Source of the DNA: an uncultured Pelagibacteraceae bacterium
Lineage (GTDB): Bacteria; Pseudomonadota; Alphaproteobacteria; Pelagibacterales; Pelagibacteraceae
Assembly: GCA_902606065.1 (NCBI GenBank)
Contig: CACLEX010000001.1
Location: 262-64,261, forward strand
Length of the DNA stretch: 64,000 bases
Direction of reading: 5' to 3'
Shown here in pieces: positions 11,271 to 20,453 of this stretch. The notes below the pieces were generated by a model. It had not been told where the DNA came from and did no database searches. It was given only the letters and a program-made list of their open reading frames with translations. How positions within the stretch are numbered: position 1 is the first letter of the stretch; each line of letters begins with the position of its first letter. Position numbers and translations under genes: made by a program.

Positions 11271-13196
11271 ATGAGCAAAATAATTGGAATAGATTTAGGA
11301 ACAACAAACTCTTGTGTGGCTATTATGGAAGGAAGCCAGGCAAAAGTTTTGGAAAATGCAGAGGGTGCAAGAACTACACCTTCAGTAGTTGCTTTTACTG
11401 AAGAAAAAGAAAAATTAATAGGACAACCTGCTAAAAGACAAGCTGTAACAAATCCGGAGAATACAATTTTTGCAGTTAAAAGATTAATTGGTAGAAATTT
11501 TGAGGACCCAACTGTTAAAAAAGATATCGAAGCTGCACCTTTTAAAATTGTAAATTCTGAAAAAGGTGACGCATGGATTGAAGCAAAAGGTGAAAAATAT
11601 TCACCTTCGCAAATTTCTGCTTTTATTCTTCAAAAAATGAAAGAGACTGCTGAAAAATATTTAGGTCAGGCGGTTACAAAAGCTGTGATAACTGTCCCTG
11701 CATATTTTAATGATGCACAAAGACAAGCTACAAAGGATGCTGGAAAAATAGCTGGGTTAGAAGTTTTAAGAATTATTAATGAACCAACTGCAGCTTCACT
11801 AGCTTATGGTTTGGATAAAAAACAAAATAAAAAAATTGCAGTTTACGATTTAGGTGGTGGAACTTTTGATGTGTCTATTCTTGAATTAGGTGATGGAGTT
11901 TTTGAGGTAAAATCTACAAATGGTGATACTTTTTTGGGTGGAGAAGATTTTGACAACGCTGTCGTGGAATATTTAATTTCTGAGTTTAAAAAAGATAGTG
12001 GTATTGATTTAAAAACTGATAAGTTAGCATTACAGAGATTAAAAGAGGCAGCTGAAAAAGCAAAAATTGAACTTTCAGCAGCTGAGCAAACAGATATTAA
12101 TTTACCATTTATCACAGCTGATAAAACTGGTCCTAAACACATTAATTTAAAAATGACTAGAGCTAAGTTGGAGGCTTTAGTTGAAGATTTAATCGCTAAA
12201 ACTATTCCACCATGTAAAACTGCTTTGAAAGACGCTGGAATTTCAGCTAGCGATGTTGATGAAGTAGTAATGGTTGGAGGTATGACTAGAATGCCAAAAG
12301 TCATTTCTGAGGTTAAAAATTTCTTTGGCAAGGAACCAAACAAAAGTGTTAATCCTGATGAAGTGGTTGCAATGGGCGCAGCAATTCAAGCTGGTGTTTT
12401 ACAGGGTGATGTCAAAGACGTTCTTTTATTAGATGTAACACCTTTATCATTGGGAATTGAAACTCTAGGTGGCGTTTCTACGAAACTAATTGAAAAGAAT
12501 ACAACAATACCTACAAAGAAAAGCCAGGTATTTTCTACTGCTGAGGATAACCAGCCAGCCGTCTCAATACGCGTGCTTCAGGGTGAAAGAGAAATGGCAA
12601 CAGATAATAAATTACTTGGTAATTTTGAATTAGTTGGTATTGCTCCAGCACCAAGAGGAGTTCCTCAAATTGAAGTGACTTTTGATATAGACGCTAATGG
12701 AATTGTGAATGTTTCAGCTAAAGACAAAGGCACTGGCAAAGAGCAAAAAATTCAAATCCAAGCATCAGGCGGATTAAGTGATGAAGAAATTGAAAAAATG
12801 GTCAAAGATGCTGAAGCAAATAAAGAAGCTGATAAGAAAAAAAGGGAGTCTGTTGATGTTAGAAACCAAGCAGACACTTTAATTCATTCAACTGAAAAAA
12901 ATCTAAAAGAACATGGATCTAAAGTTTCAGATGCTGAGAAAAAAGCAATTGAAGATGGATCTAATGCATTAAAGGAATCTCTTAAAGGTGAAGATATTGA
13001 AGATATTAAAAAGAAAACAGAGGCATTAGTACAAGCTTCAATGAAACTGGGAGAAGCTATTTACAAGTCACAACAAAGCACAAAACCAGATTCTGGTAAA
13101 GATGATGGAAAAGATGAAAAGGGAAAGAAAGACGATAATGTTGTTGATGCGGACTTTGAGGAAGTAAAAGACGAGAATAAAGAAAAAAGCGCTTAA
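11271..13196 (+). CDS. dnaK: Chaperone DnaK (Hsp70)
   Basis: [25 protein letters not shown]; C-terminal VVDADFEEV. Confidence 0.99.
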   Translation: MSKIIGIDLGTTNSCVAIMEGSQAKVLENAEGARTTPSVVAFTEEKEKLIGQPAKRQAVTNPENTIFAVKRLIGRNFEDPTVKKDIEAAPFKIVNSEKGDAWIEAKGEKYSPSQISAFILQKMKETAEKYLGQAVTKAVITVPAYFNDAQRQATKDAGKIAGLEVLRIINEPTAASLAYGLDKKQNKKIAVYDLGGGTFDVSILELGDGVFEVKSTNGDTFLGGEDFDNAVVEYLISEFKKDSGIDLKTDKLALQRLKEAAEKAKIELSAAEQTDINLPFITADKTGPKHINLKMTRAKLEALVEDLIAKTIPPCKTALKDAGISASDVDEVVMVGGMTRMPKVISEVKNFFGKEPNKSVNPDEVVAMGAAIQAGVLQGDVKDVLLLDVTPLSLGIETLGGVSTKLIEKNTTIPTKKSQVFSTAEDNQPAVSIRVLQGEREMATDNKLLGNFELVGIAPAPRGVPQIEVTFDIDANGIVNVSAKDKGTGKEQKIQIQASGGLSDEEIEKMVKDAEANKEADKKKRESVDVRNQADTLIHSTEKNLKEHGSKVSDAEKKAIEDGSNALKESLKGEDIEDIKKKTEALVQASMKLGEAIYKSQQSTKPDSGKDDGKDEKGKKDDNVVDADFEEVKDENKEKSA

Positions 13197-13224
13197 CTGA
13201 CATCTATTTGTCCAGGTTATATAC

Positions 13225-14361
13225 ATGGCTAAAAGAGATTATTATGATGTCTTAGGAGTAAGTAAAAGCGCAAGCCCCGATGAACTAAAATCAGCCTACA
13301 GAAAATTAGCTGTTAAATATCACCCTGACAAAAATCCTGGGGATAAATCTGCAGAAGATAAATTTAAAGAGGCCAGTGAGGCTTATGGTGTGCTCTCTGA
13401 TAAATCAAAAAAAGAAAACTACGATAACTTTGGACACGCTGCATTTGAAAATGGTGGCGGTGGTAGAGGTGGTTTTAGTGGTTTTGGAGGTTTTAGCGGT
13501 GCAGATTTCTCTGATATTTTCGAAGATTTTTTTGGTGACTTTGGTGGTGGAGGCAGAAGAAGTTCGAGAAGAAGCTCAAATAACAGAGGTTCAGATCTAA
13601 GATATGATTTATCAATTACACTAGAGGAAGCTTACACTGGAAAAAAACAGAACATTCAATTCTCTACGTCTGAAAAGTGTAATACTTGTAAAGGAAATGG
13701 TTCTAAACCAGGCTCAAGTCCAGATAGATGCACCTATTGTGGAGGAAATGGAAGAGTTAGATCTAATCAAGGTTTCTTTACAGTTCAACAAACTTGCCCT
13801 CAGTGTGCAGGAAGTGGTGAAGAAATAACCAATCCATGTGGAGATTGTAATGGACAGGGTAATAAACAAATAAACAAAAAAATATCAGTAACAATTCCTA
13901 AAGGTGTAGATGATGGGACAAGAATAAGACTTGCTGGCAAAGGTGAAGCCGGAACAAGAGGTGGTGCAAGCGGAGATTTATATTTATTTATTAATGTTAC
14001 ATCGCATGAGTTATTTAAAAGATCTGATGTAAATTTATTTTTTGAGTTTCCAATTTCAATTGCAGATGCTGCTCTTGGTACAACAATAGAAATACCCACA
14101 ATTGATGGAAAAAAAGCAAAGATTAAAATACCAGATGGAACCCAAGATGGTAAACAATTTAGATTAAAAGGCAAAGGTATGCCATTCATGCGAAGAGGTG
14201 ATTTTGGTGATTTATATGTTCAAGTTAAAACAGAAGTTCCAGTGTTTTTAAATAAAGAACAAAAAGATTTGTTAGAACGTTTTAGAAAAATAGAAAATGA
14301 AAAGTCTAATCCAAGTATAAAAAAATTTTTCCAAAAAGCGAAAAGTTTCTGGAATAGTTAA
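13225..14361 (+). CDS. dnaJ: Chaperone DnaJ
   Basis: J-domain HPD, G/F-rich region, four CxxCxGxG repeats. Confidence 0.99.
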   Translation: MAKRDYYDVLGVSKSASPDELKSAYRKLAVKYHPDKNPGDKSAEDKFKEASEAYGVLSDKSKKENYDNFGHAAFENGGGGRGGFSGFGGFSGADFSDIFEDFFGDFGGGGRRSSRRSSNNRGSDLRYDLSITLEEAYTGKKQNIQFSTSEKCNTCKGNGSKPGSSPDRCTYCGGNGRVRSNQGFFTVQQTCPQCAGSGEEITNPCGDCNGQGNKQINKKISVTIPKGVDDGTRIRLAGKGEAGTRGGASGDLYLFINVTSHELFKRSDVNLFFEFPISIADAALGTTIEIPTIDGKKAKIKIPDGTQDGKQFRLKGKGMPFMRRGDFGDLYVQVKTEVPVFLNKEQKDLLERFRKIENEKSNPSIKKFFQKAKSFWNS

Positions 14362-14364
14362 AAA

Positions 14365-14535
14365 ATGGGATTAGAAGAGATTGTTCCAGCCATTTTTTTA
14401 ATAGCAGTTTTATTTTTGGTAGTTCCTGAATTTTTGAGATCTAACTCAAAATCAAAAAGATTTATCAAAAATCTATTTATTTGGTCTGTAATTGTTGTCC
14501 TCATTGTGATAGTTTCTGTCTTTATCTTTAAATGA
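14365..14535 (+). CDS. Small two-TM membrane protein (56 aa), not in ORF track
   Basis: MGLEEIVPAIFLIAVLFLVVPEFLRSNSKSKRFIKNLFIWSVIVVLIVIVSVFIFK*; fills the dnaJ-dapB gap; ATGA overlap with dapB. Confidence 0.8.
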   Translation: MGLEEIVPAIFLIAVLFLVVPEFLRSNSKSKRFIKNLFIWSVIVVLIVIVSVFIFK

Positions 14536-15308
14536 AAAAAATTAAACTATTAGTCACCGGCTGTATGGGTCGTATGGGCCAGCAAATAATTACATCTGTA
14601 AAAAAGGATAAAAATTTCAAACTTGTTGCTCTTACAGAAAATAAAAAAATTAATAAAAAGATTGATGGAATAAAAGTTGACCTGAATTCAGAGTCGTTAT
14701 TTAAAAATGCAGACCTAATTATTGATTTCACAATCCCAAAATGTACTTTTCAGGTTTTAAAAATAGCTGCAAAATTAAGAAAAAAAGTAGTTATTGGAAC
14801 CACTGGTTTTTCCAAAAAAGAGGAGAATTTAATTAAAAATTTTTCAAGAAAAATACCAATTTTAAAAGCAGGAAATATGAGTTTAGGTATTAACCTTTTA
14901 ATGTATTTAACAGAAATTGCCTCAAATTCATTAGGGAAAAATTTTTTGAGTAAAATTTTTGAGATTCATCATAAACATAAGAAAGATTATCCATCAGGAA
15001 CAGCATTAATGTTAGGTAAAGGAATAGCTGAAGGTAAAAAAAAAAGTTTTTACAGTTTATTAGGAAAAAAATATTTAAACAAAAAAACTTTTCCCTATGG
15101 AAAAAAAATAAATTTTAATTCTATTAGAAAAGGTGAAATTATTGGTGAACACGAAGTTAAATTTTCAAGTGGAAAAGAAATAATTACTTTAAATCATGAA
15201 GCCTTTGATAGAACACTTTATTCTGAAGGTGCTTTGACAGCAGCAAAATGGCTTATAAATAAAAAACCAGGTCTTTATTCAATGAGAAATTTGATGAATT
15301 TCAAGTAA
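14532..15308 (+). CDS. dapB: 4-hydroxy-tetrahydrodipicolinate reductase
   Basis: GCMGRMG, IDFT, VIGTTG, EIHHKHKKDYPSGTA. Confidence 0.96.
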   Translation: MKKIKLLVTGCMGRMGQQIITSVKKDKNFKLVALTENKKINKKIDGIKVDLNSESLFKNADLIIDFTIPKCTFQVLKIAAKLRKKVVIGTTGFSKKEENLIKNFSRKIPILKAGNMSLGINLLMYLTEIASNSLGKNFLSKIFEIHHKHKKDYPSGTALMLGKGIAEGKKKSFYSLLGKKYLNKKTFPYGKKINFNSIRKGEIIGEHEVKFSSGKEIITLNHEAFDRTLYSEGALTAAKWLINKKPGLYSMRNLMNFK

Positions 15309-15961
15309 TGAATGAAATTCAAAGAGCTAAGATTGTTTTTAAAATTTTAAACAGAACCTATCCAAAAATTTATGTTCCTCTTAAGAGTAGAAACGTGTTT
15401 ACACTTTTAATTTCCGTCCTCCTTTCAGCACAATGCACTGATGTGAATGTAAATAATGTCACCAAGGATATTTATCCAAAACATTATAAACCTAAACATT
15501 TTGTAAAATTAGGTAGAAAAAAAATTGAGAAATTAATTAAAAGAATTGGTATTTTTAGAATTAAAGCAAAGAGTATTTACAACCTATCAAAAATATTAGT
15601 AGAAAAGTATAACGGCAAAGTGCCTAAAACGTTTGAAGAATTAGAAAACTTACCAGGTGTTGGCCATAAAACAGCCAGCGTTGTCATGTCTCAAGGCTTT
15701 GGATATCCAGCATTTCCAATAGACACTCATATACATAGGTTAGCCCAAAGATGGGGTTTAACATGTGGGAAAAATGTTGTTAAAACTGAAGAGGATTTAA
15801 AAAGATTATTTCCTAAAAAAAGCTGGAATAAACTTCATCTTCAAATCATATACTATGGACGAGAATATTGTAAAGCAAGGGAATGTTATGGTGTAACTTG
15901 TAAAATTTGTACCACTTGTTATCCTAAAAGAAAAAAACCAATTAAAACAAAAAAAGCATAA
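15308..15961 (+). CDS. nth: Endonuclease III
   Basis: LLSAQCTD, HhH LPGVGHKTA, IDTHIHR, C-terminal Cys cluster. Confidence 0.95.
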   Translation: MNEIQRAKIVFKILNRTYPKIYVPLKSRNVFTLLISVLLSAQCTDVNVNNVTKDIYPKHYKPKHFVKLGRKKIEKLIKRIGIFRIKAKSIYNLSKILVEKYNGKVPKTFEELENLPGVGHKTASVVMSQGFGYPAFPIDTHIHRLAQRWGLTCGKNVVKTEEDLKRLFPKKSWNKLHLQIIYYGREYCKARECYGVTCKICTTCYPKRKKPIKTKKA

Positions 15962-15962
15962 A

Positions 15963-16892
15963 ATGAAAGTCCTTGGAATAGGAAATGCAATAATTGACGT
16001 AATCTGTAAAGTTGAAGAGAATTTTATTAAAAAAAATAATCTCACAAAAGGCACAATGAAATTAATTTTTGATGAAGTAGAATTTCAAAATATTTTAGCG
16101 AATCTTAAAATTGAAAAAACTGTCTCAGGTGGTTCAGTTGCTAACTCGATAGTTGGTTTATCTCAACTAAAAAATGATGTTGGTTTTATAGGAAAAGTAT
16201 CTGATGATATTTTTGGGGCTAAATATGAGGAAGGACTTAAAAAGGAAAATGTTAAGTATTTTTATGCAAAGAATAAAGAAAATCTTCCAACAGGCACTTG
16301 TTTAATTTTAATTACCCCAGACTCTGAAAGGACTATGTGTACTTTTTTAGGTATAGCGGGAAAAATTAATGAGCATGATGTGGATGAGAAAATTATAAAA
16401 AAAAGTGAATTAATTTTCTTAGAAGGTTATTTGTGGGATGAAGGGGAACCAAAAAAAGCATTTGAAAAAGCTATTAACAATGCCAAAAAAGTTGCAATGT
16501 CGTTATCAGATCTTTTTTGTGTAGAAAGACATAAACAAAATTTTTTAGACTTAGTGAAAGAAAAATTAGATTTAACTTTTGCAAATGAAAGTGAGATAAT
16601 GGCATTGATCAACACTAAAAATTTCGATGAAGTCATCAATTTTGCAAAAGAGATAAAAAAACATATTATAATTACGCGTGGAGAAAAAGGTGCAATTTCA
16701 ATTATTGGTGATGAAATCACTGAAATACAAGCAAATAAAAATCTCACAATTAAAGATTTAACAGGTGCTGGAGATCTTTTTGCAGCTGGTTATTTACATG
16801 GTTTTATAAATAACCTGCCTATCGGAGAGTGTTTAGAACAAGCAACCAATTTATCATCAAAAGTGATTCAACAAATTGGTGCAAGACTTTAA
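15963..16892 (+). CDS. PfkB-family carbohydrate/adenosine kinase
   Basis: GIGNAIID, SGGSVAN, DLTGAGDLFAAG. Confidence 0.9.
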   Translation: MKVLGIGNAIIDVICKVEENFIKKNNLTKGTMKLIFDEVEFQNILANLKIEKTVSGGSVANSIVGLSQLKNDVGFIGKVSDDIFGAKYEEGLKKENVKYFYAKNKENLPTGTCLILITPDSERTMCTFLGIAGKINEHDVDEKIIKKSELIFLEGYLWDEGEPKKAFEKAINNAKKVAMSLSDLFCVERHKQNFLDLVKEKLDLTFANESEIMALINTKNFDEVINFAKEIKKHIIITRGEKGAISIIGDEITEIQANKNLTIKDLTGAGDLFAAGYLHGFINNLPIGECLEQATNLSSKVIQQIGARL

Positions 16893-17008
16893 CTTTTTAT
16901 TCTTTTAAAACTTCCTTTACCTTTTTTAGGTTTAATTACCCTAGGCTTATATTTCTTAGAAAAAAGATCTTTAGCAAATCTATTTTTCTTTTTTAATCTT
17001 GTAGCCAT
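16889..17008 (-). CDS. arfA: ArfA-like alternative ribosome rescue factor, 39 aa, not in ORF track
   Basis: MATRLKKKNRFAKDLFSKKYKPRVIKPKKGKGSFKRIKS*; carries the RVxKxKKGKGS[YF]xR signature; fills the gap between two genes. Confidence 0.75.
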   Translation of the reverse strand: MATRLKKKNRFAKDLFSKKYKPRVIKPKKGKGSFKRIKS

Positions 17009-17546
17009 TTTTTTTACTAATTATAAAATCTTGATCATTAAAAGTTTTTAAAATTTTTTTTCTCAAACGATAAATATGTGTTTCAACTGTATGAGTTTCT
17101 AATTGAGATTGATATCCCCAAACTTCAGTTTGTAATTCTTGTATCTTGACTGCTTTTTCGATTTTAAAAAGATATAATATTGAATTTATCTCTTTTTCTG
17201 TGAGTTTAAGTTTATTTTCTCCCAAAGACATTACACGTGAATTTAAATTAAAATTATAATTACCAATTGTGATATCAGATTGTTCATGAAATTTTTTTTT
17301 AATGAATTCAATATTAATTTTTTCTAATAATTTAAAAATTGGTATAGGAAAATCGTTAAACACTATTTGATTATTTAACCCAGGTATTTCTTTTTTAGTG
17401 AATACTAAATAATTGGTTTTAGAATTTAGATCAGGTAGTTTTTGTTTATTTGCCTTTTCAAAACTAAGATTTATATCTTTTTTAATTTCAACTAAAATCT
17501 TATATAGTTCATCAAATTCATAAATTAAAAGATTATGATTATTCAT
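16980..17546 (-). CDS. OmpR-type winged-helix regulator (CenR-like) with degenerate receiver domain
   Basis: C-terminal LTEKE...EVWGY...THTVETHIYRLRKKI; shortened N-terminus without recognisable receiver motifs. Confidence 0.8.
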   Translation of the reverse strand: MNNHNLLIYEFDELYKILVEIKKDINLSFEKANKQKLPDLNSKTNYLVFTKKEIPGLNNQIVFNDFPIPIFKLLEKINIEFIKKKFHEQSDITIGNYNFNLNSRVMSLGENKLKLTEKEINSILYLFKIEKAVKIQELQTEVWGYQSQLETHTVETHIYRLRKKILKTFNDQDFIISKKNGYKIKKEK

Positions 17547-17559
17547 CTAGATATAGAAT

Positions 17560-18054
17560 ATGATAATTTACTTAAAAAATAAACATACACTTGAAGTGGA
17601 CGATTTTAAATTCAGGTGTTCTATTGGTAAAAATGGTAAAAGTAAAAAAAAAAAAGAAGGAGATAAAAAAACACCAATTGGTTATTTTGAAATTGAAAAT
17701 TTATATTATAGATCTGATAGGATAAAGAAACCATCTACTAAATTAAAGTGTATTAAAATTGAAAAAAATATGGGATGGTGTAATGATCCATTCGATCTAA
17801 AAAATTATAATAAATTAATTAAACTTAATAAAAGAATTAAATGTGAAAAAATTTACAGGAAAGATTATAAATATGATTTATTGATACCAATTAAATATAA
17901 TTTTTTAAAACCAGTCAAATTTAAGGGAAGCTGTATCTTTATTCACCTAACAGATAATTATAAACCTACACTTGGATGTGTAGCTATGAAAAAAAAAGAT
18001 TTTTTGATAATGTTAAAATTAATCAACAAAAAAACTAAAATTAAAATTATTTAA
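17560..18054 (+). CDS. L,D-transpeptidase (YkuD-like) family protein
   Basis: KKEGDKKTPIG, WCNDP, GSCIFIH...PTLGCVA (His/Cys catalytic motif). Confidence 0.85.
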   Translation: MIIYLKNKHTLEVDDFKFRCSIGKNGKSKKKKEGDKKTPIGYFEIENLYYRSDRIKKPSTKLKCIKIEKNMGWCNDPFDLKNYNKLIKLNKRIKCEKIYRKDYKYDLLIPIKYNFLKPVKFKGSCIFIHLTDNYKPTLGCVAMKKKDFLIMLKLINKKTKIKII

Positions 18055-18710
18055 TTTCTCTTTCCAAATATGTTGGATCCAATTCTTACATATGTGGCAG
18101 AATTTTTTATTGCATTTAAATAGTCTGAGGACATCCCCATACTCAACTCTTCAAAATTTAACTTTTTATTCATCTCGCTCATTTCCTTAAAGAAAACTTC
18201 TGATGGTTTATTTAATGGTGGGATACACATCAGTCCCACCACCTCTAAATCAAGAGCTTTACAGTAGGAGCAAAGCTCAGAAACTAACAACTTATCCACC
18301 CCAAATTTTTGGCTCTCATTTCCAATGTTTACCTGAATAAAAACTCTTACTTTTTTCTTTTGTTTTTGTTGTTCATCAGCTATTTTTTTTGCAAGTTTTT
18401 CGCTATCTACAGAGTGAATATAGTCAAATAATTTAACAGCCAATTTAACTTTGTTGGTTTGAAGTCCTCCTATGAGGTGTAATTTGATGTTATTATTACT
18501 CAATTTAAGCTCACTCCACTTTTCAATTGCCTCTTGAACTTTGTTTTCGCCAAAATCTAAATGTCCATATTCAATTAATGGTAAAATTTTTTCCATACCA
18601 AAAGTCTTTGAAACAGCAATAATTTTTGGTAATTTTTGATTTTTTTGGCTTGGTAAATTAGATTTTATATTATCTTTTATATTAACTAAATTTTGAACTA
18701 TTTGATGCAT
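18051..18710 (-). CDS. yggS: PLP homeostasis protein YggS
   Basis: IAVSKT, FGENKVQE, HLIGGLQTNK, LSMGMSSDY, VRIGSNIFG. Confidence 0.96.
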   Translation of the reverse strand: MHQIVQNLVNIKDNIKSNLPSQKNQKLPKIIAVSKTFGMEKILPLIEYGHLDFGENKVQEAIEKWSELKLSNNNIKLHLIGGLQTNKVKLAVKLFDYIHSVDSEKLAKKIADEQQKQKKKVRVFIQVNIGNESQKFGVDKLLVSELCSYCKALDLEVVGLMCIPPLNKPSEVFFKEMSEMNKKLNFEELSMGMSSDYLNAIKNSATYVRIGSNIFGKRN

Positions 18711-19235
18711 ATTAAATTACTTACAAAATATTACTTTATTAATACTCTTGATACAAATAATTTACAAAAACAGGATAGAGAAACAATAATTATTTATAGA
18801 AATTATTCTTCATCAAACATTAGAATAGATAAACTTTTGAAACTTAAAAATTTTTTGAGGAAACAAGGAAATAAATTTTTTTTAGCTAATAATTTTAAAT
18901 TAGCATTAAAACTCAGGCTAGATGGGGTTTATATACCTTCTTTTAATAAGGATTTTTATCATTTGGCATATTCTACTTCCTTAAATTTTACTGTTATAGG
19001 ATCTGCTCATAATCTCAAAGAAATAAGAATTAAAGAACTACAACAGATGCAAAATATTTTTATATCTTCGGTATTTAAAAAAAACCAAAATTACTTAGGA
19101 TTAAATAAGTTTAAAATTTTAAGTAAATATACAGAAAAAAAAGTTGTTGCCTTAGGCGGTATATCCAAAAAAAATATAAAACAAATTAAATTGACAAACG
19201 CATCTAGTATTGCGGGTATTTCGTATTTTGAATAA
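18705..19235 (+). CDS. Thiamine-phosphate synthase (ThiE/TenI)-like TIM-barrel protein, divergent
   Basis: DGVYIP, GSAHNLKE, VVALGGIS, IAGIS; likely ATG at 18705. Confidence 0.65.
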   Translation: MHIKLLTKYYFINTLDTNNLQKQDRETIIIYRNYSSSNIRIDKLLKLKNFLRKQGNKFFLANNFKLALKLRLDGVYIPSFNKDFYHLAYSTSLNFTVIGSAHNLKEIRIKELQQMQNIFISSVFKKNQNYLGLNKFKILSKYTEKKVVALGGISKKNIKQIKLTNASSIAGISYFE

Positions 19236-19265
19236 AAAAAAGGCCCCTAAAAAGGGGCCTCTTTT
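19234..19265 (-). terminator. Intrinsic terminator of the porin gene (possibly bidirectional)
   Basis: AGGCCCCT-AAAA-AGGGGCCT hairpin with an A-tract on the left (U-tract on minus strand) and CTTTT on the right. Confidence 0.85.
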
Positions 19266-19285
19266 AAATTTGTTTTCTAAGTTAA

Positions 19286-20251
19286 TTAGAATGCAAATGA
19301 AAGGTTGAACTCGTAAGCTTCAAAGTCACTTGCGTCAACACCTCTCATGTTGTCTGTTTCGTTAATAGCACCACCAAGTGTCATTCCACCCATAGTGTAT
19401 GAAGCAGATATACCAGTTGACTCCTGAGTAAATGTACCAGTACTTCTACCTGAGTCCATGTCTACTTCATGATAGCTGTAACCAATAGAGATATCATCGT
19501 TTACTGCATAAGAAACACCATAAGCAACTGAGTCTAGACTTGATGTTTTAGTGTCATGATCAGACTCTGATACTTGGTAACCTAGAGTAAATCCACCTAC
19601 TGCATATTTTATATATCCAGTTGAATTAGATTGATCTACGTTAGCACTGATGTTTTTATCACCTGACGCATAACCAACTGTTAAACCATCTACCATCTCT
19701 GGTGAGTAAGCAATAGCAAAGTCATTGTATGAGTCTGCAACACCTACAGCACCACCATCGTTTTGGTAAGCTACAGTTAAAGTTGCACCAGAAACACTTG
19801 GAGACGTGTAGATAAACATGTTAGCTCCACCGCCACCACCGATTACTAGTGGGCTTCCTGAAGTTGCTGTTCCATCTGTATCTAAGACATCCCATGCTTC
19901 TTCGTAAGCGTTTGGAGTTACGTCATCAACAGCACCCATAGCAGATGATGAACCTGATCCATTAAACTTTAATGATCCCCAGTCACCTGAAAGTGTCATG
20001 TCGTAATCATCTAACGAACCACCATCGATTTCGTAGAATACTGCTACGCCTAGACCACCATCAGTCTCACCGCTCATGTTAAAGTTAAGACTATCACCCA
20101 TTGAGAAGTCGTTACCTGTCACTAGGTGTTTAGCTGTTCTGTCCATAGTAATAGACGCGCTACCTGATACTGATACTTCAGCAGCGTGTGCAGAGACAGA
20201 AGCCAGAGAACCAGCTAATGCTGATAATCCGATTTTCTTTAAATTGTTCAT
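19286..20251 (-). CDS. Outer-membrane porin
   Basis: Signal peptide ending ASVSAHA, amphipathic beta-strands, C-terminal LSFAF; AAGGAG SD. Confidence 0.9.
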   Translation of the reverse strand: MNNLKKIGLSALAGSLASVSAHAAEVSVSGSASITMDRTAKHLVTGNDFSMGDSLNFNMSGETDGGLGVAVFYEIDGGSLDDYDMTLSGDWGSLKFNGSGSSSAMGAVDDVTPNAYEEAWDVLDTDGTATSGSPLVIGGGGGANMFIYTSPSVSGATLTVAYQNDGGAVGVADSYNDFAIAYSPEMVDGLTVGYASGDKNISANVDQSNSTGYIKYAVGGFTLGYQVSESDHDTKTSSLDSVAYGVSYAVNDDISIGYSYHEVDMDSGRSTGTFTQESTGISASYTMGGMTLGGAINETDNMRGVDASDFEAYEFNLSFAF

Positions 20252-20453
20252 ATTAATTACTCCTTTGTAATTGTTTGATTATTAATAATAAACAGGGGCA
20301 AATTATCATTTTTGCTCAAAAAAACCCCTAATTTACCAATATTTACTAATAAACTTATAAGGTGTTGCAATTATACAACACAATTATAATGAATTTTTTC
20401 TAAAATTTAATATTTAGATGTATATTTATTAAAATTTCATCTTAAAAACTCTA

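Noticed and set aside
10366-14189. Antisense and alternate-frame ORFs over rdgB, grpE, dnaK and dnaJ (e.g. 11843-12343, 13800-14189), and similar short ORFs elsewhere in the track
   Set aside because: Shadow ORFs produced by the codon structure of conserved genes; no motifs or initiation signals
17230-17245. CACGTGAA-containing sequence as a second parS
   Set aside because: About six mismatches to the 16-bp consensus and not palindromic beyond the core
19286-20251. Higher GC and different codon usage in the porin, suggesting horizontal transfer
   Set aside because: Explained by Gly/Ala/Ser-rich composition and high-expression codon bias; it has a strong SD and terminator and no mobility signatures
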